Notes under the pieces: generated by a model
Database searches by the model: none
The model's input: the letters and a program-made list of their open reading frames with translations, nothing else
Told to the model about the DNA's origin: nothing
Assembly: GCF_018977255.1 (NCBI RefSeq)
Contig: NW_024704751.1
Span: 13,144,001-13,208,000 of the forward strand
Direction: 5' to 3'
Source of the DNA: Callorhinchus milii
Lineage: Eukaryota
Length of the DNA: 64,000 nt
Position numbers and translations under genes: made by a program
Part shown: positions 11,638-37,014 of the stretch, in pieces
How the letters are laid out: every line of letters starts with the position of its first letter
Position numbering within the stretch: position 1 is the stretch's first letter

Positions 11638-12814
11638 ATGTTGTGCTCGGCCACGCGCTTACTTGCCACACTTCAGCTCATGCAAATTCCGAGTCGGGAA
11701 AAGTCATCAGAGACGACTGGAACTGGAGGATCTCCAAAAGTCTGGAATCGAAGTTCACTGGAAGCTTTGGATAAGGAGAAGGCTGACGATTTTAGGGATC
11801 TTTCAACGAAAAGGTACAGTAATGCGAATTTAAAATAAGGAACTCCACGTCAAATAATTGCACAAATTTAAATGGCACTAAACAGTTCTTATAATAATAA
11901 TAATCCATGATTTGATATTATAGCATCTTATCAATATAATGAATACATTAATATATTAAAGTAAATTTACTGATTTTAAAAACTTTTAGTATATCTTTTG
12001 TAAATAGAATTTTTTTTTGCATTGTTCAGGAATGCCTTTAATTCTTTTTGCCTAGTTGATAATAAATAATAACAATCATCCTTGCATTTGAATGTAGTGC
12101 CTGATCACGTTGTTGAGACATCTCAAAGAACTTCACAGAATATACTGTAAAGTGGATTGACTGTAATATTTTGTGGACGAAATGCAGTTTGTAAATGAGT
12201 CCAGTCTGGTCTGTGCTGAGTCGGTTTATCTCATCCGGGACATGGTATATACGGTGGCCCCAACACCAATATGGTTTCTGCTATTGATTGTTCTCTACTG
12301 ATCACCATTTGAAAAGCCAATGTGTGCTGGATAAGAAAGAAGCGTACACATAGTTACAGAGCTTTCGGATATTTTGTCTGAAAGTGCTCCAAGACTTGCG
12401 TATAAATGCAAAGTTGTTCTTGTTTGTTCAGAATATATGCAAATTAAATAAGGGGAGGGAGGCTTGATGTCACAGCTGCACACATTTTTAAAAGTCTCTA
12501 AATAGTTGTACTCACAAAATATGCAGTCAGATAGTTTTGCCCACAAAATATATAGTCCATTCACCTTACAATATATTCCTGTGAAGCGCTTTAAGACGTC
12601 TCAACGACGTGATCAGGCGCTATATCAAATGCAAGAATTATTATTATTGTAAATTTACTTCAGTGAACTAAGCTTAAGTACAGTGGAACTGTATGAGTGA
12701 ATGGCTTCAGAATAAAGGGAAAATATTGTGGATCGATTGAATTGAGTAAAACAGTGTAGGTAAGTCTGGTGCGTTGGGATTTACTTTTTTTGTTCGTTTA
12801 ATTTGCACAGGTGA
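11638..12814 (+). CDS. Spliced upstream ORF (59 codons) in the PNRC2 5' leader
   Basis: Leader exon 11607-11813 (AAG acceptor, AAG|GTACAG donor). ATG at 11638 stays open to the donor; splicing to 12811 gives AG|G TGA TAG. Confidence 0.55.
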
Positions 12815-12837
12815 TAGTTTCTTTTTAGGCAAAGAAA

Positions 12838-13281
12838 ATGGGAGGTGTTGAGAGATTAAACATTCCGATATCCCAGCCAAGCCATGGCACTGAGAAGAGA
12901 AACCAGCACTTAAGCGGCAGTAGCCGACAGAGAGGCAAAGACGAGAACCTTTACCACGTAAAAGCAACGCACAAGAAAGGCGAGAAGGGTCATGGCAGAT
13001 ACCCACTGATCTCCGAGACACGGCGGGCCGTGCAGAAGGAAGGGAAGAATATTATGCGCTTTGCTACTTACAATCAGAATTGGGAAGTGGCTCTGAGCAG
13101 CTCGAATACACTGTTTGCATCGCAGTCTGATCAAAATTATGCCGGAGCCAAGTTTAGTGAGCCGCCATCACCAAGTGTACTCCCCAAACCTCCAAGCCAT
13201 TGGGTGCATGTTCCCTTGGAGCCTTCTGATCACAGGGAAATGGCCTTTCAGTTGAAGACCTTGCTTAAAGTGCAGGCGTAA
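12838..13281 (+). CDS. PNRC2: Proline-rich nuclear receptor coactivator 2
   Basis: 147 aa single coding exon with YAGAKFSEPPSPSVLPKPPSHWV and C-terminal LKTLLKVQ; adjacent to SRSF10 as in other vertebrates. Confidence 0.96.
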   Translation: MGGVERLNIPISQPSHGTEKRNQHLSGSSRQRGKDENLYHVKATHKKGEKGHGRYPLISETRRAVQKEGKNIMRFATYNQNWEVALSSSNTLFASQSDQNYAGAKFSEPPSPSVLPKPPSHWVHVPLEPSDHREMAFQLKTLLKVQA

Positions 13282-16200
13282 CCTATCTGCGGGTTAAATA
13301 TGTAAGGACCATATATACCAGTGCTGGAAGCTAGCCATTTCCAAATCTATTTTTTAATACAGGAGCCATTGAAACCCTTTTGAGCACTGCCGATCACATA
13401 ATGTTTCCATTCCAAGTTGAATGTCCCATTTGCTGGTTTTAGATTCAGTTTTGTGAAAACTGAGAACGAGTCCATTTTTATATCTGACAACGTCTACCCT
13501 AGTTCTCCCTCATTAAGATTGTAGCCCAGCATCGCTTGGGAGCTTCCATGCTTTGAATGCTGTGCAGTATGCAACAGAGGTTGGCTGGTTGTCGGCTTCC
13601 ACTGCTATCCAAAAAAACACTTGAGACGACCCAAATTGTTTTGGGTGACTTTTTAAATTGAGCAAAAATGTTTTATCTGCAATTCCACCTTTTAACGAAA
13701 GCCGGTTCTCAACCGTTTAAATTTGACGTCAGAATGAACTTGAATTGAATTGGTCCTTCATGTTTAGCTAGCGAGATACGAGTTTACAACAAACATCCAT
13801 CGTATAATAACACCCAGTGTATAAGGTGTTGACTGCACCTTGTCTACCAATGTGAATTGTGTTTCGTGGCCTTTTTGTGTTTCTAAATATTGTTGAGAAA
13901 TGCAGTTTTTTTAAAAAAAAAGTTGCTCACCCACTGTGGCAAGTTAAAATATGCATGTCCAGTTTTATTGACTGAATGCGTACAATTTAGCAGCTTTTAC
14001 TGAGCATTTTATGTTGCCAGTTGGTACAAAGAACCTTCAAAACATACCATTTTAGTACAAGGCTTCATTTTGTTTACATTTTGTTTTCTGTGTTTCTCCT
14101 GTAATGGACGCTTTTCCAAACCAAAACTGCTTTAAAACTGGATGTGCAGATTTTAGTTGATTTATGGTTTTGTCACTTGCCAAAAACTCTTGCGCGGAGG
14201 GAAATGGAATGGGTCGGGTTTTTTTGAGCTTTCATCTGTTGTGTAAAGGTTAAAGCTGGTTCAAACTAATGTGCAGGTTAGAAACTTATGGCCAGTTTCT
14301 ATTTCAAAGACACACACTTACTGTGTAGAAAGAGCCATGTAAATAAGTGTAAAACTTGTAGCATATGTATATTTTAAAGCAGGACTTGCCTGCTGGATAA
14401 AGTATTTTAGTACAATAGCTAAATGTATAAACTGTGCCGGGTATTTTTTTGGCATGACGACAAAAAACCTAAGAATATTTTTGTTTTTTTTTAAAAAAAG
14501 GCAAAGCTTAACTGAAATGGATGATTTATTAAAAGAAAAATATTTCATGATGCTACATGCACTGTTTGTGCCCAGTGAGCTCGCATTGTGTTTTCAGATT
14601 AATAACTGGTTTAAATTGTCTTTGATGCAGGGATGAAAACAGACTGCAAGTTAAGAGAGTGGTGTTTTTTTTAAATATTTTTTTCAAACAAAAAAAGACA
14701 AAAAAAATTGAATATTGAGGCTGCTGCTTATCCTGTAATCCCCTTTTTTATTTTCAATGGATGGAAACAAGGTTTGATTGACACATAAAATTGATTGAAT
14801 ATAAATTTTCCAAATTGCTTATTTTGTGATGCTGGCCTTCGGAGGACTCAAACTTGTCCAGAGCTCTTCCCCCCCCCCCCCAAAAGATGATCAAATTAGG
14901 CTTTAGACTAGTAACAACTCTGCTGATGTCCTATTACATTTGTGTAATCTGTTTTTGATAGGCATCTGTGTATAGTGTGAGGTTCAATATCATTGTAGTG
15001 GGCTGGTCAGTTGCTGATTACTTGTCTTGCCTTCCTTCTGTTTCTCTCTTACCAATTTCCCCCAATACCAAGCTAAAGACTTATCTACGGTGTAAATAAC
15101 TACACCCCAGGAGGCCATTATTTGGCTCCATTTTTCCAAACGTCAAACTTTGCGTCTGCCCAGGGCTAAGTGTTTCCAAGCCACCTTCCCAATTCTAACC
15201 TTGTGAAAGAACAGGATTACATTCAAACAAATTGTAGTTAATGCACTCTCCCCAAGTATGAATGAATACCTTCACTGAATTCAGCAGCCTCCCTTACCCA
15301 ATAATGTGGTCTCACTGATCTTTCCCTAGTAATAATTGGGAGACCAGTTTAATGATTGGCATCTATACCAAAATAAATTTACAGTAATACATACCTCCCT
15401 TAGAAGTCCTATCGAATCAGGTAATTCTGTGGGTCTAGTAATAGGATCCATGTCATTGGCTATATTTTTTTAAATTGAAACGAGTACCTTCACTATGTTA
15501 TAACACAATGTTGTGTTTTGAATACCCAGATGATGTGAATTGACTTAACTAAAAAAAATTGTGCTTCACAAAGCAGTGTTACAAATTGGATTGAACAACA
15601 ATGAATAAAATTGATTTTTCCCCCTTCCTCAGATTGTTTGTTTACCTTTACATTTCTAGGGTCCAGGTATGAAAGCGGTGATCTTTGGCTTATTTGCTTT
15701 AAAGATGGGAACAATATGGTGCTTACACAGCCAGGACTGCCTTGGATTTTCTTTGCAGCACTGAGACCATGTCTACCCTACACATCGTTTTATTGCTGAG
15801 TGACCTTTCCATCTTAGAGCCAAATTCATACACAAAGATGCCCTGGTTATCTACCTCTGCAATGACAGTATTACTGGGATCCTGGCCAATAATCTCCCAA
15901 CTAAAATTGGACATTCACATGAGTAATGTACCATCGTATTACAATACAGTCTTTACTCTTCTCAATTTCAATGAGGTTTAGTTTACAGCTTCAAAAAACA
16001 TTCATAAATCTCCATTCTCAAGAAGCAATATTCCTTACATTTCACATGGTGCCTTATCACAGCTTAAAAGATGGCTCAATAATTTTTTAACAGGCATTAA
16101 AACATATGGCTGTGTAGTAAAATACTAATTTTAAAGTTATGGAAGAATATTTGATAACTTAATTGTGCATTAAAATTCCAGATGATAAAACAACTTGATG

Positions 16201-18243
16201 CTATTTCTCTGGGGATCAGCTATCTGACAAGTGCAGGTTTTGAACCCTTGCTAAGGGGATAGGATGTAACAGGAATTTAGCAAAAATGTGAGAGCATTGC
16301 CACCACCCCCTACCCATTAAGCAGTGATCCTAATTGAGAATTTTAAGGCTTAAGAAAACAGATCTTGAGTATGCATCATCATATAGCACAGATTTATTTA
16401 CAAGTCTGAAGTTACAGTCAGCTGTCAATCAACAAAAAGGGAGAGCACAACATCTATCCACATCTGACCCAAAACACTTAAGTTTTCACAATTTCAAAAG
16501 ACATACAATTGGAAGTCTCATAATTAGCACGTTTAAACCAGTGCAAAGGCTGTGAAAATAATGCTCATTCTGCACTGCATATCTTTTCAGTGAATTCTCG
16601 AGGGTATGAAAAGTGTAGCTGGGTACTGATTGACCTTTCTTGAGCTCTTGTAGATGGCTTGAATTGAAAGTAGATTTTTTTTAAAATCTCGAGTAGAGTC
16701 AATGAAAGCAAAGTGGGCAAAAGAACCAAGAAAGCATGAACCTAGCTGGTTTAGACGCATCATACTAGAGGTAAAACTCAAAATATGTAGGTCTGTAGAA
16801 CAATAAGAGAAGCACGCAAACAAGTCACCTTAAAAAAATAAAGTGATCCAATCACAATGTGATCTGGAAATTATTAGTCATTTCCAAGGAAGTAATATAC
16901 TTAAGTCAGTTTCACTCCTTTGTAGCAGATTTATCCTACTTCAATATTAGGTGAATAGGTACATTTGATTTCAATAGGCCCAATTACTATTTAGAATATA
17001 CTACTGTTAATTGTTTTGGAATGCAGTACAAAACAACAAAGACCAGAATGGTCAATACTTGATTTCAAATATCACAGTTTTTCTACATTCATGCAAAAAA
17101 CCTAAGGAACTCAGTATTGTAAAGCTTAAACTGAAAACATTTTTTTACTGTATATGAAATTTTACAAACAGCTTTTATTAAAAAGACTTGGTATAAAAAT
17201 CCCTTTTTTTTTTACAAGCTTCTACACGAAAGAAAGTAAGTTTGATCACAACACTTTTCCAACTCCCTTGACAAAATGTCCAATCCCCCCCTCCCCCCCC
17301 CCCCCCCCGATACAAGTTCCTGCATTGGTCTTACAATAAAACTGAAGACATTGCTTATCTAACAGATTAGCAAATGGTATCTTTACAGCTAAGAATGAAA
17401 AGAAGCATTCATGCAAAGTACACAAATCAATATTACAGGAGGCATGCCAGACCACTGCATCGCATAAATGGATGTAGTAACAGAATATAAGGTTGAGGGC
17501 AGCAAATTGCCAGTCACAGTCAATACTTTTGATTGTGCTTAAGGTGACTATTTCAATAAAGCGTGCGGAATTTCTACAAATTCATTCCCCGCATTGTATG
17601 GTTTCTCAATACGTTTAAATAGGATGAAAGAAATTTCAGACAGCCATTTCAAAGATGGCATTTGGGAAAAGAATACTGTTAACCAGGTTATTGAATATAG
17701 TAGCACTGCACCGATGATCTGTTCTTTGTTAAATGTTACCTTTTTAAATTCTGAATTCATACAGTTTCCATTTATTGCTCCAATAGCTTTATTAATCCAC
17801 CAGAATGTTAATATAAACTGCATTTAAACTCTGGGAAAAGAATATGGATATAAGGGACACACAACTAGTAATGGGGCACTGCTTTATAAAAATTACCAAC
17901 AGGAAGGAACACTGTCTTCAATCAAAATGGGTTTTAAATTTGCCCTGAAACTTAAAAGCAAACCGGTTAACCCAATGAATAAATGAGTGAACATGTTAAT
18001 GTTTTGAGGCCTATCATTTTATTAACTGTTCAGTCATAGTCACAACAGTTACTGCATTGTTTAGAATAAAATCATGGCTAAAATCTTTGAAACACCATCA
18101 AAACATATCAGTCCTGCATGTCAAGGTTGTTCTATAAAGAGTAATTTAGAATAAAACCAGTACCCACTTAACATTCTCTACAAGAACTAAACAAAAAGAA
18201 AAAGCATGTATGGAAGCCGCGAGTTGGTGCCCACTTCTTGCTT

Positions 18244-30867
<12,624 letters not shown>

Positions 30868-31190
30868 GATGGCGGCGGCGGAGGGCGGGCGGGCGGACGA
30901 CCGGGCGAGAAAAAGGCGGGCAAAGACGGCGCAGACGGACAGCGGCGCGCCTGCGCAGGCCTGCGGGCACCCCGCGAGCCGGAAACGCGTCACAATGGGG
31001 GGCGGAGACGGCCAATCGGGGCGCGCGGTGCGGCCCCAGGCCCCGCCCTCTCCCCCGGACACAAACACGCGGCCATCTTGTTGCCGGGGGGGAGGGGCCC
31101 CGGTTGCTAAGCTGCCATTTTGGAGCGAGTGAGCGAGAGCGAGAAAGCGCGAGAGAGAAAGGCGACTGCCCTCAGAGTGGGGGCGGAGAG
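30868..31190 (-). promoter_or_regulatory. CpG-island promoter / 5' leader of SRSF10
   Basis: YY1-type GGCCATCTTG (~31071) and GCCATTTT (~31114), NRF1-like GCGCCTGCGC (~30947), CCGGAA, CCAAT (~31012), GC boxes. Confidence 0.75.
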
Positions 31191-31232
31191 ATAGTGAGAC
31201 ACAGGAGATAAGTGGGGGTAAAGGGGGAGGAG

Positions 31233-31912
31233 GGGAGATCAGGGGACTGGGGGGGGGGGAGATCAGGGAGGCGGGGGGGAGATCAGGGAGGCGGGGGGGG
31301 AGATCAGGGAGGCGGGGGGGAGATCAGGGAGGCGGGGGGGGAGATCAGGGGGCTGGGGGGGGGAGATCAGGGAGGTGGGGGGGGGAGATCAGGGAGGTGG
31401 GGGGGGGGAGATCAGGGAGGTGGGGGGGGGAGATCAGGGAGGTGGGGGGGGAGATCAGGGAGGTGGGGGGGGGAGATCAGGGAGGTGGGGGGGAGATCAG
31501 GGAGGTGGGGGGGGAGATCAGGGGGCTGGGGGGAGATCAGGGGCTGGGGGGGAGATCAGGGGGCTGGGGGGGGATCAGGGGCCGGGGGGGGGAGATCAGG
31601 GGGCTGGGGGGGGAGATCAGGGGGCTGGGGGGGGAGATCAGGGGTGGAGGGGGAGATGGGGGGCCTGGGGGAGATCAGAGCTGGGGGGGGAGATCAGGGG
31701 GCTGGGGGGGGGATCAGGGGTGGGGGGGGAGATCAGGGGGCTGGGGGGTGGAGATCAGGGGCTGGGGGGGAATCAGGGGGCTGGGGGGGAGATCAGGGGC
31801 TGGGGGGGAGATCAGGGGGCTGGGGGGGAGATCAGGGGGCTGGGGGGGGGGGGAGATCAGGGGTGGAGGGGGGAGATGGGGGGCCTGGGGGGAGATCAGA
31901 GCTGGGGGGGGA
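31233..31912. repeat. ~18-21-bp minisatellite, GGAGATCAGGG(A/G)G(C/T)-poly-G unit
   Basis: About 35 units with a nearly invariant GATCAG core and variable G-runs. Confidence 0.95.
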
Positions 31913-34189
31913 AGATAAGGTGTGTGGGAGGGAATGAGGAATTAGTGGGGGAGAAAGAGGAGAGAGGGAAAGAGAAGGTAGTGAAAGAGAGGAAAGAGGA
32001 GAGAAGGAAGGAGGAAATAGAGAGAGAGGAGAGAGGGGAAGAGGAGATGGATAGTGAGAGGGAAAGAAGAAATAATGAGAGAAATATTGCCTCCCAACAA
32101 GCATGCTGATGAGTGTCTGTCTGCATGTCAGACATCCAGAGCACTTGCAATCCTCACTGAGAATAACTCAAGACAACAATGTTTCTTCAAGTTAAATGTA
32201 GAAATGTTTGGAATTTATTTTTGTGTGCATTTCTGAAAACTAATTCTAAAAGCTTGGCAGATAGCAAGGCTACAGAGGGCACGGAGTGAACTAGCAGCAG
32301 GATGAATATAAATATTGTCGCCAAAAAAAAAAAAAAATTCTGCATGACATTCCTGTTCCAAGAGCGGACGCACATTCCTTTTATACGTGCAGAAATAGTA
32401 GCACTCTCGCCTCGGAGGCAGGAGCTTGTGGGCTCAAGCCACGCGTCGGGGGAATTTGGAATGACATAGTCTAAGCTGACCCTGAGGGGGAGGTGTTGTA
32501 TTGTTGGATGAGAAGTTAAACCGATCTGCCTGCTCGGGTGGACTTTAAAGATCCTTTGTTTTTATGGCACAATTTGAAAAGAGAAGGGAGTTTCTCTCGG
32601 TTTCCTGGCCAACGTTCTCCCAGGTATATCTGCTTACTAACTGCAGGTCTGTTTGTGGGACGTTGCTGTGTGCAACTAGTTGCCCTATTTCGTCCACAAA
32701 ATACAAGGTCAATCCACTTTACCGTATATCCCGCCGCAAAGTCCTTTTGGATTGTTCTCCCGATCTGAAAGGTGCTATATCAGATGCAAGATTTATTATA
32801 ATTATCCCCTTTGAAGGCAAACTAGGTGGATTGCAGTGGTCTTTTCCAATCTAGTAGATTCTTAATACTTCTTGATCAGGGTTGAATAAAACCAATAAGG
32901 GGTAGCATTCCTGGGGTCAAAAATATGACTATTAAACACAAGGAATATTATCTCTAATCTAGAATACTAGAAATATCGGTTCCGTCCTCTTCAAGTAGAT
33001 TTCTTTACATGACTATTTTTAAATTATTGCAAAATATCATTATTTTTAAGGGATGACTTTTAACTAATTTGAAGGCAACCCCCCAACCCCACTCCAAGAA
33101 ATATTTGACTCAATCTTGCCCATTTTCATTTTCTAAATGTTACAGGATATTCTCTGGTCTCGTACAATATCGGGGACATATGCGCTGAGTATCGAGATAA
33201 CAACGTGAAACACTTCTTAAATGTTTCCTCATAATCTACAGGAAGTGTTTTTATGATTGACAACTCAGAAAAGGCAGGGAATTTCAAAAAAAAATTGTGG
33301 TAAACCTGTAATGTTTGAAGCAATTGGGAGCATATTGCTAAGTACAAGTTATATAAAAATGCAGAGACTACTGTATGGAAACAGACCATTCAGGCCAACT
33401 AGTGCATACCAGTGTGAATACTGCACACGAGCCTCTTAATCCCCTTCTCCCTCATGTATGCTGCAGTTAAACATTTATATTTCCTGGAAACAAAGGTTCT
33501 AAGTTAATGTTATCAAACAGGAGTGATACCTCCAGCTATCTCAGGATTCAATACAGCTGAAATATTGAGTTGGTGAAATGGCCACTAAGGGGCAGAGTAT
33601 CTTAAAATGAGAACGCTGTACTCCTGTACCATAGCAAATTGTACTTTTGTTGGCTTATTTCCAATCAAATACATCAATAGCAATTAATACTGTCTGGAAG
33701 ATACAGTGTGCATAACTACTCACCTAAACATTTATCTTAACCAGAAAAAAAAACTCTATGAACAGTTATATTTCATCTTTGTTTCTTTGATATTAAATAT
33801 TGGTACATTTTCGACAACTTTTGAGACTGCAGGTTGCACATAGATTGGAGATAAGTTGTTGCATAATAGCATTCCTATTAGAAGATTTTATAAATTAGCA
33901 TCTTGTTTCCCAATTCATTGGTGGAATGGTGTATTTAAGGCATATAATGATTTATAAGGCTATATAATGATAGACTGTATAAACCCTTGTGTCGTCTAAT
34001 AGTTTGACCATGTTTTACTAAAATAGCAGAGAGAAATTTCAACTGGATTTAGATTTACTCTATGTATGCAGCATTTCTGAATGGCCCGAATTTGGAAAAT
34101 GGTTGAATTCCAACTTTGAAACTGTTTTCCTCCAATTTCTTAAAAGGCTTCAAAGTTAAGGCAAAGTATTTGCAAAGCCTTCCATGACC

Positions 34190-34535
34190 TTTTTCTCCCC
34201 TACCTCTGCGACCTTCTCAACCCCTACCAACCTGCCCCTTCCCTCCTTCATGTCCCTCGCCTGTCCCACCATTTGTGGGTGGGCCTTCTGCCACTCTGCC
34301 CCCACCCTCTGGAATTCCATTCCACAGTCTCTCCACCTCGCCTCTTCCCTTGCCTCCTTCAAGAGCCGTCTCAAGACCCTCCTCTTCGACCATTCCTCCG
34401 GTCACCCTCTTTCCCCCCTGACCTCCACCCCCCCCGATCCCAACCCCCAGCTTGGGTCTGAAACACTGATTGTCCAGCACCTTGGGACGTCTTCCTGACA
34501 TGAAGGGCGCTATACAAATGTAATTTTGCTGTTGT
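34190..34535 (+). mobile_element. L2-type LINE 3' end
   Basis: GWAFCHSAPTLWNSIP..ASFKSRLKTLLF remnant plus tail. Confidence 0.8.
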
Positions 34536-35844
34536 TACCAAATTCCTGGACTGTAAATTGCGTGAATCGCGTAAATCTAGACTCAGATGGGATTTAGTCC
34601 CAATCTTTAGCTGATTCGTACAATCAGTAATTCATAATCCATTGTTCTACATTTCAGAAGTGTGAGATTCCAAACAAATTAACTTGTTGATTCTAAAGAA
34701 ACAACAACAAACATATCAAACATAATATATAGCTGTGTAACCATCTGAAACTATCACAAAGAAATAGTTCTGCCATCACTGGACAGGTCCACCTACATTC
34801 TTACATCAGAATAAACTGGTTCAACTGCAAGGTACAAATAGCAAAGCTTTTGGATTTCAGCCTCAGTCTTACCTCATACACAGAACATTTCACACAGTAT
34901 TTTTGTGTCCGGCATCTTTCACGGTAAGAAGAACAAATAGGTTTTATAGTAAAAAATTAAGAGGATTTATTTTTGTTATAGGTTGCCTTTTACAGTTGGA
35001 GATTAAACTGTTGACTGCAAGAAAAGTTTTCCAGTTTCATCCTAAATCATTTCTAAGAAGTTAATTTGACTTTGTGCCTTATCCTGTTGTCGAAAAGTCT
35101 CAAAACACTCCATAGGATTTACTGAGACTGAACGTATTTGTAGGCTAATTTGTCTGTGAACATGGGAAAGAAATTTTAAACAAATTTTCAAAGTGTATTG
35201 ATCGGATACAGATAAGAATAGGTGAAAAGACCAAATCTTACCTGCTCGATCAATACATAAGTAAATAATACGTTTATTTAAATAATGCATTTAAATAATA
35301 CATAAATTTAAGTTCACAGACAAATTTGCCACATATTGCAACGTGTTTTAAACTCAGTTGTACAAATTTACAGAAATGGCAAAATCAAACTGTATTTTAA
35401 ACTTGCTGTGATGGCATTCAATCTGTTAGATGTTATCATGTGTATGGATTTGAGCTCATAGTCTGGCTAGCACTTTGGTGCTTTTGGAGGTTCTGACCTT
35501 CAGATGAGATGTTAAACCCAGGTCTTGTCTGCCTGTTCAGGTAGATGTTAAAAATCGCATGGCACTATTCAATAACAGAAGGAAGTTTCTCCTGACGTGA
35601 AAGACGCGATATTAAATGTAAAGATTATTATTCTTATACAGTTATAAGGACTCTGTTATAAAGACCACTTGAGCGAGGTACAGTCCCAGAGAAACTGAAC
35701 TCCAGAGGTAAAAGGACAATAATGAAGTGTAAAAGTAGGAGACTCCTCACAAATCCAAGGAGTCAAACACATTCCAAGCTTCTTAGATTCCAAGCTACTG
35801 TGAAATAACAAACTGGTGTTTGCTTCGCTTTAGGTTGACTAGCA

Positions 35845-36606
35845 ATGAATTGGGATCTCCTCCATTCCCTGCTGAGCGGGGTGAACAAGTATTCTACGTC
35901 CCTGGGGAAAGTGTGGCTTTCGGTCATCTTTCTCTTCCGTCTCCTGGTCTTGGTAGTGGCGGCCGAGAGCGTGTGGGGAGACGAGCAGAGTGACTTTATT
36001 TGCAACACGCAGCAGCCCGGTTGCAGGAACGTGTGCTATGACCGCTTCTTCCCCATCTCCCAAATCAGGCTGTGGGTCTTCCAGCTCCTGTCCGTGTCTG
36101 CTCCGTCTTTCCTCATCGGCATGCACATTGCCCAGAGGAGGAAAAGGGGGAAGGACAACATCAAGATCTTTGACGAGAACAAACAGCACAAAATAAAAAT
36201 CGACCGTGCCCTTCTCAGGACCTACTTGATGAGTATTGTCTTCAAAATATTATTCGAAGTTGGCTTCATGTACTTGTTCTATTGGCTCTACGAGGGTTAT
36301 AGGATGCTCAGGTTGGTGAAATGCACAGAGTATCCCTGTCCTAACATCGTTGACTGCTTCATTTCCAGGCCAACTGAGAAGACAATCTTTACTGTTTTCA
36401 TGCTATCAGCTTCTGGTGTGTGCGTCGTGCTCAATGTGGCCGAACTGTGCTACTTGGTCATAAAGTACTGCATCATGCAATGGAAGCAGAACTGGATATC
36501 GATAGTGCAAACCAATGAACAAGCTAATATAAGCCAGGCTGACAGCAATGGTTCAAAGCTTGATGATGACCTACATTGCCGCATACATCTTAAAACCGAG
36601 ACATGA
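35845..36606 (+). CDS. Beta-type connexin (gap junction protein), 253 aa
   Basis: [17 protein letters not shown]; E1 C-X6-C-X3-C ([12 protein letters not shown]); E2 C-X4-C-X5-C ([12 protein letters not shown]); SRPTEKTIF; single coding exon with an acceptor 11 nt before the ATG. Confidence 0.96.
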   Translation: MNWDLLHSLLSGVNKYSTSLGKVWLSVIFLFRLLVLVVAAESVWGDEQSDFICNTQQPGCRNVCYDRFFPISQIRLWVFQLLSVSAPSFLIGMHIAQRRKRGKDNIKIFDENKQHKIKIDRALLRTYLMSIVFKILFEVGFMYLFYWLYEGYRMLRLVKCTEYPCPNIVDCFISRPTEKTIFTVFMLSASGVCVVLNVAELCYLVIKYCIMQWKQNWISIVQTNEQANISQADSNGSKLDDDLHCRIHLKTET

Positions 36607-36645
36607 GTTTGTGTGTATGTGTGCGGTGTGTATGCTATACATATA

Positions 36646-36860
36646 AATAATAATAATCCCTCCAAAACCAAAAACAATAATAAATTGGTCATTTTCAATC
36701 TACGACTGTTTGTGGGACATTGCTGTGCGCAATTGGCTGCCGCGTTCGCCCACAAATATACAGTCAATTCACTTTACAATGTGTTCTATGAAGCGCTTTG
36801 GGACGTCCTACCGACGTGAAAAGCGCTATATCAAATGCAAGGATTACTATTATTATTATT
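36646..36860 (+). mobile_element. 5'-truncated DeuSINE-like SINE
   Basis: Nearly identical to 37128-37352. Confidence 0.85.
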
Positions 36861-37014
36861 AAATGATTTGGATTCAGGTATAAAAGCTGTAGTATCAAAA
36901 TTTGCAGATGACGTCAATAGATGATTAGCAGAATCTGCGGATAGATGTCAAATAACGTGGGGAAAATGTGAAGTCATTCACTTCGGCAGGAAAACTAAAG
37001 AAGGCATTGCGACG

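Noticed and set aside
31212-32109. Gly-rich ORFs and a CRISPR-like periodic pattern
   Set aside because: Simple minisatellite with no unique spacers, in a eukaryotic context
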